From: Negaprion brevirostris
Taxonomy: Eukaryota
DNA length: 64,000 nucleotides
Assembly: GCA_030324005.1 (NCBI GenBank)
Contig: JARDVH010000031.1
Coordinates: 62,544,417 to 62,608,416 of the forward strand
Direction of reading: 5' to 3'
The notes beneath the pieces were generated by a model. The model ran no database searches. It was given only the letters and a program-made list of their open reading frames with translations, and was not told where the DNA came from. Position numbers and translations under genes: made by a program. Every line of letters begins with the position of its first letter. Within the stretch, counting starts at the first letter, position 1. Below, piece after piece: positions 54,216-64,000 of the stretch.

Positions 54216-56163
54216 GTGAGTACTGTAGCCTTATATTGCCTTCTGCAAAACTGATGTTTTCTTAAATTCATTATTTTGGAGGTTTTTGCCCATTTAAGAA
54301 TGTTTCACTGCACAAGATAGACTGAAAGATTCATGACCATAAAAGTTACCTGAGCAGTCGTAAAGCTCTTTGGAGTATTTATTCTACATTATTGAAGTTT
54401 CAGTGAACGTCATTTGCAGAATCATTTTCCAACCATTGCTATCCATTACCATACTTTGAATGAGATGTGAACTTCAGGGCAGGAGTCTCATCATGGGAGG
54501 TGAACATTTGGAGTCAGGAGCTTTCCCAACATAGCATCCTGCCTCAGTGCTGGCAGACAGATTTTCTTCTGGCTGAGGTGAATGTCAGGCAGGATCAAGG
54601 TGGAGATGCAGGCACAAGTGACCAGGTTAAAAAATATTTCCTCGTCTATCTCTCTCTCTCTCTCTCTCAGTTTGAAGAGACTTAGACACAGTTCAGCAGG
54701 CAGATGAATGTGAAGGCTTATCTCACTTCCTTCGCCTACACTTCACCTCTCAAACTCCCCGAGCATGAAAATGGGAAAGAACGGTAGCAATTTCTTTTTG
54801 GGTGAGCTCCCAGTTATAATTGTATGCACTTAGGGAAAAAAAGAGCCACAATGTGATTCTCGCCAGTCGGGGGTGAGGTACACTGGGAGATCTCCTGTCA
54901 CCACCATTTCCCCCTCCCCCACGCTGATTGCCACCCTGGCCAATCACATCCCCCACGTGCACTGTTCCCTCCTTCTGCCTCCCTACATCATTTTTGGCAT
55001 TGCCAGGGTGCTAGTTGGCACTGCCTGGGACACTTCCTGGCCCTGCTCCAGTCCCACCCACTGGCGAGGCCATCACATCAGGTTCCCATTGGTGGGCACC
55101 ATACGTGATCTTCACTGGTGAGGACCTTGACAGGCATACATGTAAAGGCAAGTGAGCCTGGAAGATAGCATCTGGGTCTCATTAATTATATTTAAGTTAT
55201 GTAATGAATAAGGGCATTGGGTGGATTTCGCTGGCAAATCAGTGCTGGCAACATTGTGAGGTGACAAACTGGGTGCGAACCCAATTTTTCGCCTCTCGCT
55301 CAATCTTATTGACTCGCCATGCTTATTGACTGGTAAGATTGTCCCATATGTTTCTACCCAACAAAAGAGGGGGTATCATTAAATCTGTTCTGGGGAATCA
55401 ACTGGATAAAGTGTCAGCAGGGTAACACTTGGGGAACAATGATTGTAATATCATAAAGTTTAGATTCATGATGGAACAGGACAAGGGGGCGATCTGAGTA
55501 TAAATATTTAAATGCAGGAGGGCCAATTTAATTGAGTTGAGAATAGATCTAGTATCAAAGAAAGACAGGCAAAACAATAACTAATGGCATTAAAAGAGGA
55601 AGATACATTTAGGGTGCATTCCCGTGAAACCTGAGCTCCCTGGATGATGAACGAGTTACAACCACTCTATATAGCACTGCTTTCCATATTCGAATGGCTG
55701 GAGTATAAAGAAATTCATCCGATATTCAATTTGATCTTTTAGTGCTTATGTTCGACCTGTGTGACCTTGTTTTGGACTTATCCACAAGTAGAAACAGTTT
55801 TTCCATTTTATCAAAGTCCTTCATAATTTTAATAACTATGGCCCTCATAGTTATTTAGAATGTATCTGTTGTTTTTGGTTTCATGTCACCACACTGTGTG
55901 AAATCATTAGACGGAGAACATATATTCTCACAGCAAACCAAAGTGAATATTGATTATATGCTTCAGAAATGAAGAAGTTTTATATTTTCCCATGTTTCAC
56001 TTTTAACTCTCATAACCACTTTATTCCTGTGTACAGGATATATTTTGTGTTTTAAGCATTCAGCATTTTTGTATAGTGTGCTCTTTGAGATGTGTTTGGA
56101 CAGTGACGTCCAACCAAAAAAACTACTTATTGCATTTTTAAGTTTTAAAACCTTTTTTTTCAG

Positions 56164-56298
56164 TATATATTTAAGAAGTATGAGAAACCCTTCTTTAGTA
56201 CATTCGCCAAAACATCTATGTTTGTACTTTACCTCGTTGGATTTCTTATTTGGAAGCCCTGGCGGGAACAATGTACCAATGGAAGACATGTTGCATTG
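56164..56298 (+). CDS. SLC35F5: SLC35F5 exon ([45 protein letters not shown])
   Basis: 135 nt, phase 0-0; ttttCAG acceptor, GTAAGT donor; [17 protein letters not shown] motif. Confidence 0.95.
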
Positions 56299-56608
56299 GT
56301 AAGTAGGCCTTTGAAGTATGGGAATATAAAATGTAATGGGTCTTTCAAAAACTTTGAATTACAATGTATTTCCATTATGAAATTGTATCTTTTCAGTCTA
56401 CGGTTATTATAGATTTATTTAAGTGTAGATTTGCATGTCTAAGTTTATGTAAGTTTGAATAATTTGTGGTTTTCAGTAAATATATCCAAACAATGCTTAT
56501 ACTGGAATGTTTGATTAATCTGCTAAAATTTGTAGCAATTAAAGACAACTTTTCCAATATGGTTTGCTGTTTCCTGGTACCTCCTTATTAACTTTTTAAT
56601 CTTTCAAG

Positions 56609-56671
56609 TTTGCAGATGCTGAAAGTTATCTTGCAACTTGCACTACTGACAGTAGTGTAAATGATTCCTTG
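56609..56671 (+). CDS. SLC35F5: SLC35F5 exon (FADAESYLATCTTDSSVNDSL)
   Basis: 63 nt, phase 0-0; ttcAAG acceptor, GTGAGT donor; similar to recalled mammalian [21 protein letters not shown]. Confidence 0.9.
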
Positions 56672-57149
56672 GTGAGTATTCAGTGTTAAAGGTTTCCTTG
56701 CATGTATATTGTTAACTCATATATCAAAGTTTTAATTCAGATGAGAGTTTGGAACAAATATATCGCCATTCCTTCACTGTCGCTGGGTCAAGATCCTGGA
56801 ACTCCCTCTCTAATGGCACTGTGGGTGTGCCTATGCCAAATGGACCTCAGTGACTCAAGAAGGCAGCTCACCACTACCTTCTCAAGGATAATTGGGGATG
56901 GACAATATATGAAACCCACATCCCTTGAATGAATAAAAAAAATTGTCTTCAGTTGTTAGTACTGTAGGAACATATGAATACACTTTTAACAATTCATTAG
57001 ACCTTCCATTTTTGAGGCCTTATTGCTTACTACCTGAAATTGTCTAACTTTGCAGAAGGTTTCCTCAGGTTTTTTTTAGTATAAAGGAAAAACAACATTG
57101 CTTCCTTTTACACTACCTGATCATAGTAGATTTTTACTTATGTGACCAT

Positions 57150-57293
57150 GGATGGAATTCTCCGTCCGTGCTCACCCAACCCAAAACCGGAGAATCTTGC
57201 CTGAGATCAATGGACCTTTGCATGGTTTCCACACCACCACCACCATCCCACTGCCCATTATTCCCATGGTGGATGGGACACGAGAATTCCCCC
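57150..57293. mobile_element. MITE-like element with terminal inverted repeats; second copy at about 160-287
   Basis: ggaattctccgtcc ... ggacacgagaattcc; both copies share the core tcaatggaccttt(g/c)catg. Confidence 0.6.
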
Positions 57294-57419
57294 CATATCT
57301 GCATTTCAAAGAACCATACAATGTTGGGTACAACTTTCACCCAGATTGCTGATTGATCCCATTTTTTAACATGGAAGAAATTGAGGAAATTACAGCAGCA
57401 CCTTTTGTTATAGTGCACA

Positions 57420-58260
57420 TGTGTACAAGTGCAAAGACATGGGGATCTGAGGGTATAAATACACTGAATGCAAGAAGTAGTAAAGTAGGTTATTAGGGCT
57501 ATTAAAAAAGCAAATATAGCACCATGACCTATTTCTAGATGAACAGAATCACAAATCAGGGGAGCTATGTTACATTAGATTACATAGGAATGTTGTGAAT
57601 GGTTCTGCTCCCTGTATTATAAAAACGATATACAGGCTCTGGAGACAATCAAATTTAAAGTTTTACTCGAATCANNNNNNNNNNGCCTGTTCCGCCATTC
57701 AACACGATCATGGCTGATCTTGTTCATGGACTCAGCTGCACTTACCAGGCCACTCGCCATAACCCTTAATTCTTTTATTGTTCAAAAATCTATCTATCAT
57801 TGCCTTTAAAACATTCAATGAAAGTAGCCTCAACTGCTTCACTGGGCTTGGGAATTCCACAGATTCACAACCCTTGGGTGAAAAAATTCCTCCTCAACTC
57901 AGTCCTAACTCTGCTCCCCCTCATTTTGATGTTAAAGGGTTTGATAGGATAAATGTAGGGAAGATATTTCTATTTGTGAGAAAGACCAGAAAAGGGGTCA
58001 TGAATATTTCACACTCTCTACTAAATCAAACAGGGAATTTGAGAAACATTTTTATCAAGAGAGTGGTTAGAATGTGAAACCCACTTCGCCACTATGTGGT
58101 GTGGTTGAGACAAATCATTAGATGCATTTAACGGGATATTCGATAAGCATGTCAAGGAGAAAGGAATCAAAGGATATTGTGATGTGGTTAAGTGAAGAAT
58201 GGGAGGAGAGGGCCAAATTGTCTGTTTCTGTGCTGCAAATACTATGCGATATTTTATGTA
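57420..58260. mobile_element. Cluster of CR1 fragments (plus, minus insert at 57685-57925, plus)
   Basis: CR1 3' UTR sequences in both orientations. Confidence 0.7.
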
Positions 58261-58519
58261 ATATCTTGGTCTGAAACTAAAACTCCCAGACCCTAATTTT
58301 AATCCCCATGGGAAATCTATTAGAATGAAAGAGAAACAGGTCACAGAGATTTACAGCATCAAAACAGGCCCTTTGGCCCAACTTGTACCCCCCCACCCCT
58401 TTTTTTACCCCCTAAGCTAGTCCCAATTGCCTGCATTTGGCCCATATCCCTCTATACCCATTTTACCCATGTAACTGTCTAAACGTTTTTTAAAAGACAA
58501 AATTGTACCCACCTCATAG

Positions 58520-59965
58520 CCTGCATTTCATGATCTTAAGTGAAGTGCTGCAGAGATACTAAAGGTATTGGTTTTGATCTTCCTAGATTCCCCAGATTCT
58601 GGAAAGATCCCAGCAGATTAGGAAATTTCAGTGTGACTCTTGCACTCAAGAAAGGAGAGAGACAGAAAGCAAGAAGCTATAGGCCAGTTAGCTTAACATC
58701 TGTAATAGGAAAAACGCTTACATCTGTTATTAAGGATGTAACATGTAAAATATCATACTACAAGAGGCGACATGGTTTTGTAAAAAGGAAATCATATTTG
58801 ATTAATTTATTAAAGTTATGTGAGGAAGTAACAAGCAACCTGGTTAAAGGGGAACCTATGGATGTGGTGTACTTGGATTTCCAAAAGGAATTTGATATGG
58901 TACGATATCAAAGGTTATTTCACAAAATAAGAGCTCATGGTGTAGAAGGTGACATATTAGTATGGGTAGATGACCGGATAGTTAACAGGAAGCAGAGAGT
59001 AGGGATAAATTTTAAGGTTGGCAAGCTGTAACTAATGGAGTGCCATTAGGGTCCTCTACTATTTAAATGACCTGAATGGAAGTACCAAGTCTACACTAAC
59101 CAAATTTGCTGATGACATGGAGATACGTAGCAAAGGAAGTTGGCAAGAGGATATAATCTATCTAAATCCTTTTGCAGACTAAGTGTCTGAGCAAAACTTT
59201 GTAGACAAAGTATAACATGGAAAAAATTGAACTTATCCCCACTTTGGCAGAAAGAGAAGCAGTAGATTATTTAAGTAGAGAGAGACTGTAGAACTCTACA
59301 GTACCAAGGGATCTGGATGTCTTGATTAATGAATCTCAAAAAGTTAGTATGCTGATACAGCAGCTGAATATGAAGGCAAATGGAATATTGACATCTATAA
59401 AAGTAGGGAAGTGCTGCTACAGTGCCTTAATGAGATGGCATCTGGAGTATGGTATACAGTTTTTGATCTCCTTACTCAAAAAACAGTATAATTAAATGAG
59501 AAGCTGGTCCGAAAAGGTTCACTTGACTGATTCCTGGAATGAAGGGTAGCTTATGAGGAAAGGTTGAGCAGGTTGGGCCTATACCCATTTGAGTTTAGAA
59601 CAATGAGAATGATCTTGAAATATAGAAGATCCTGAGGGGACTTTACAGGGTGAATGCTTCCCCTTGAGTGGTTGTCTAGAACTAAAGGACCAATTTAAAA
59701 AATAAGAGTCTCCCATTAAGATTGAATTGAGGAGAATCTTTTTCTGAGGGTAATTAGTCTGTGGAATTATCTTTCCAGAGAGCAGTGAAAGTTGTGTCAT
59801 TGAATGTCATCAAGGCTGAGAAAGGTAGATTTTTGATTGACAAGGGAGCCAAGGGATATGGGGGGTAGAGAGGAAAGTGGCATTGAGGCCACAATCACAG
59901 TCATGATCTTATCGATTGGCAGAGGAAGCTCAAGGGGCCAAATGGCTTACTCCTCCTAATCCTTG
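58520..59965 (+). mobile_element. CR1-type LINE ORF2 fragment with 3' UTR, degenerate
   Basis: YRPVSLTSVIGK, HGFVKRKSYLINL, DVVYLDFQKEFD and KFADD motifs; frameshifted. Confidence 0.92.
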
Positions 59966-60170
59966 TGATCAGAGGATCATGACCTAAAACATTCACTCTT
60001 TCTTTTTCCACTTATGCTACTGGACCTGCTGATTATTTCCAGCATTTTTTCTTTTATTTCACATTTTTAGCATCTATTGCATTTTGCTGATCAAATAGCT
60101 GTAGATTATTTGGAGTAATGTGATATGCTTATCTTGTCATCAGAAATGTTACTTCTAATTTGTTTTGCAG

Positions 60171-60240
60171 AGCGAACCACTTTATATCCCAGTGAAATTT
60201 CATGATTCGGCCAATGAAAAAGCCAGTAATGACAACACAG
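60171..60240 (+). CDS. SLC35F5: SLC35F5 exon (SEPLYIPVKFHDSANEKASNDNT); the next exon was not found in the window
   Basis: 70 nt; ttttgCAG acceptor, CAG|GTAGGT donor; SEPLYxPVKFHD motif. Confidence 0.92.
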
Positions 60241-60976
60241 GTAGGTTTTAGCTTGAGGTCGTGAACATACATTATGAAATGTAGACCAATTAGATCATTT
60301 TGGGAAAAGGATTTCACAGCCCCATTTACTCATCACTCCTGAGTGCAGCTCAGTTTTAAAATTCTCTTCTTCCTGTTCAACTCCCTCCATGGTCTTATCC
60401 CTCCCCATCTCTGTAACATACAAAAATACTGGAGGCTGCATATTCAATCATTTGGGCCTTAACACCTGAAATTGTCTCCTAAGCTTGTACCTCCTTTTTG
60501 AGGTGCTCTTCAACATGTCTTTAACCAAGCTTTCTGTCACCTGTTGTGTTATTTCTGTCTGTGGTTCAGGAGGGAATTTTTGTTTGATTGTTTCCATGAT
60601 GTACCTTAAAAGAGGTGATATAAATGTAAGTTATTGTTGGACGTTTAACTTGCATTTATATAGTGCCTCCCTCTGTCCTTCCTTGGTGACGTTTCTTCCT
60701 GCACAAATCCACCAGTATTCCAAAATAAGGTTTCTCACCTCTGTGTCTCCTGTCCATTGTTCGTACCGACTTGTTCAGTCATTACGCTCCTAACCTCTGG
60801 AATTCTTACCTAATCCGTATTGCCAAATTCTGCTCCTCAAAGCCCTCTCTTTTGATCATATTTTCTGTGCCTCGTTCCAACCAGCTTTTCCTCTCTCTTT
60901 TGGCCCTTTTTTTCCCATTTTGCATGACTTCAATGTTCTGTTCCTCTTTGTGATATTGGAGTACTCGTTTTGTATA

Positions 60977-61448
60977 CATAGAATCCCTACAATGCAGAAG
61001 GAAGTCATTTGGCTCATCAAACCTGCACCAACCACAATCCCACCCAGGCCCTATGCCCGTAACGCACATATTTATCCTGCTAATCTCTTGACACTAGGGT
61101 CAATTTAGCATGGTCAATCAACCTGACCCGCACATCTTTGGACTATGGGAGGAAACCGGAGCACCCGGAGGAAACCCACACAGACACAGGGAGAATGTGC
61201 AAACTCCACACAGACAGTCACCCAAACCAGGAATCGTNNNNNNNNNNNNNNNNNNNNNNNNNNNNNNNNNNNNNNNNNNNNNNNNNNNNNNNNNNNNNNN
61301 NNNNNNNNNNNNNNNNNNNNNNNNNNNNNNNNNNNNNACTCAGGGAGAATGTGCAAACTCCACACAGACAGTCACCCAAACCAGGAATCGTACCCGGGTC
61401 CCTGAAGCTGTGAGGCAGGAGTGCTAACCACTGTACGCTGTGCCGCCC
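60977..61448 (-). repeat. HE1/V-SINE-like SINE, spanning a gap
   Basis: Full head, V-domain and tail. Confidence 0.88.
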
Positions 61449-61799
61449 AATGCTATCATTCCTCTTTTTCTTAGATTAAATTTAAAATAATGGAAAACCT
61501 ATTTTGAATTATATTAATTCTCTTTCTATATCTGCTATGCAATTCAATGGAGTCAGCTGGCAACAGAGTTGTTTAATTGGATTATGCCAGAGTTCAAACA
61601 GGTGAAAAATCTGTGTGCATCTTGCCATTAACTGTGCAAGCCCATAACTTCAGTTTGAAATGAAGCACCTCAAATTCACGAGTAGTCATATTGTTTGATG
61701 GCTAAGAACCCTCCTCCCAAGATGTTTAGGTAGTTCTCTGTCTTAATCCAGCCTTTGCCAAATTCGGGAGATAAGATTGGGAAAAGCTTATGTTCAATA

Positions 61800-61960
61800 T
61801 CTTTCTTAGATTTCTGATAGTCAAGGGAATTAAGGGTTATGGGGAGAAAGCGGGAAAGTGGAATTGATCCACTTCAGATCAGCCATGATCTTGTTGAGTG
61901 GCGGGGCAGGCTTGAAGGGCTAGGTGGCCTACTCCTGCTCCTATTTTTTATGTTCTTATA
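61800..61960 (+). mobile_element. Short CR1 3' end
   Basis: Near-identical to 4790-4935. Confidence 0.85.
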
Positions 61961-64000
61961 TCTTTCACAAGCCATTTCATCATTTAAGCACTATGTGCAA
62001 ATCACTGAAATCTGAAATTGAAAGCATGAATTATTCTCAAGCCAGAGTCCACAGAATAGATTGTCATATTAGGTAGTACTGATCCAGTAGATGCATTGAT
62101 GTATGATAAGGATAACAAAAGCCTGAATGCTTTGTTTCCAACGTGGGATTATAAGTATCTTTTCACATTTATGACTTTTTCAGAAGCTCAAAATATGTCC
62201 TATTCAGACTGTCAGGAAACCTGGTTTGACGCATTTAAGTTTACAGATGTTACTAGTATGTACTGGGATATATTGTTTTACCTTACAAATCAGGCCTCAA
62301 CTACAATTTGAACAGGCAACTTCTGAGGGCAAGAGGGGGGGAAATAAATGCCTTACATATCCACATCTGTACCTGGTGAGTTGACTTACTCATGAATGAT
62401 CTTTGGTAGTTTGGATTTTAAGAATGATCTTCAGCACATGCTTTGTGCACACTGTCAACAGCTGCATCAGTGTTTTTAGAGATGTTTTTGCCAAAAAGGC
62501 ATCGAGAAAGCCACCATCAGTCTTGAGCAACTGATATGGTAGGTTATTGATTTAGCTCTCGACATCATTGCTGTGAACAGAAAAAGTGCCGCAAGGGCTG
62601 TTGTATTGTGTAGCCCATGGGCTTTGGCTGTCTAAAAATATGGGTCCAAGAGCCTGCTTCAAACATGACTTCCCTTTTTTACTATTGACCAAGAGCTACA
62701 TTAACTCTTACCAATTTACATATATAGTTAGGATTATTTTATCTTTGTGGAAATAAGATACAATGATGCATTTTACGAACAAGTCTTAGCTTTGCATTAC
62801 CTTAACATTTGGTTTACAAAAAATCCATCAAAAAATAAGCTGCTTTAACAGGAGAGCACTTTTGTTTTTTTCTTCGATCCTCTTGGAATGCTCATAAGTT
62901 CAAACAGTCTGCAAGTCTACATCATATGCCCTTGAAAGAACTGGACCAAAGAATGCTGTCTATAATAACACTACATTTTTTGACACTAAAGATTTTCAAA
63001 AATTTGTGCAACGTGTGTCTTTGTTCAGTTTGTGGAAAGCATTAAAGATGCTGATAACATTTAAGATAACTTTGGGACTCGATTACTTGACAGAGGCATA
63101 ATGGAGTTGATGGGCTGACTGACCTTCTCTGCCACTATTATTCTCAACTTCTATGTTTTCATGCCAATTTATTTTCCCCAAAAACACAGAGTATTTGAAC
63201 TTAAATTGGTCCCTTTTGTGGAGCAGTAACACCTACATAATCAGGTGGTGATTAATGTTTTGAACACTCTCTTCAAAGTTTTTGCTTTGTTTCATGTGTG
63301 AACTCATTGTAATAAACATTTTATCATCATCAACTATCCCACCTATTTTTTTTCAAGTGTTTCAAAACTCTGTTGTGATGTAACCCCTAATCACTTCGGC
63401 ATAGACAAGCCAATGTTTTTTTTTCCATATTTGTTCTCAGTTCAAAGTCTGTTCTGAACACAAAATAAATCGGCATCTAACTGAACTAGTGTTGTCACTT
63501 GGAATTAGATAATTTCTAAATAGAAACAGTAGCTTAATTTTAGTTCACTTGTCAGGGAGTTAACACATGTTCCAAGATCAGCAGCGAGGCAGTAAATAAT
63601 GATTACTTTGCCAAAGGCCAAAAAAAGGGAATAGTTCTTAGTATCATGTCAAAGTGAAGGATCAACCAACCACTTTCACCTGCTTTGAACATCAAAGGCA
63701 AGCATGCTATGTCAATATATTTGTTATATATTCAAAAAGCGTTGCAGTTTACTTTAAGAGCAGACCGCATGATTTGATGTTGGTGTCATTAGCGTATTGC
63801 AGGCTGCTGTTTGACTTTCAGTTTTTTTTATTCAGCATTACGGAGAATATCTCTTCAAAATAAATCTTTTCTGTTAGTTGGAACCTAGGTGTGCAAACCA
63901 CACGTTTTATTTTTGTGTCAAACCCACGATCTCTAACAGAGTTAGGACACTACAATAAGGATCACAGAACTGGAACAATTTTAATTATGCATGACCATTC

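Noticed and set aside
61187-61391. Direct repeat inside a SINE across an N-gap
   Set aside because: Same contig-overlap artefact
60241-64000. Search for the next SLC35F5 exon (KKSRVRFSNIMEIRQLP-like)
   Set aside because: No matching frame seen; it probably lies beyond the window

Overview
AT-rich vertebrate genomic DNA with scaffold gaps. The repeat landscape (HE1/V-SINE-like SINEs, HER1/CR1 LINEs, DeuSINE) points to a shark or other elasmobranch. Two spliced genes lie head-to-head around a CpG-rich promoter at about 41.7-42.6 kb. ACTR3 (Arp3) is on the minus strand, with coding exons 1-7 at 41679->3389; the gene continues beyond the left edge. SLC35F5 is on the plus strand, with four coding exons at 54077-60240; it continues beyond the right edge and its first exon probably lies in the 42.0-42.6 kb gap. 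Nearly all tracked ORFs are spurious or repeat-derived. The most notable observations are: a palindromic Penelope-type element with hammerhead-ribozyme cores in ACTR3 intron 2, a GC-AG intron in ACTR3, a compact bidirectional promoter, a Gypsy gag+PBS fragment nested within two CR1s, and several inverted-repeat structures. I found no convincing novel multi-gene system. Family and homology calls are from recall, not database searches, and repeat boundaries are approximate.
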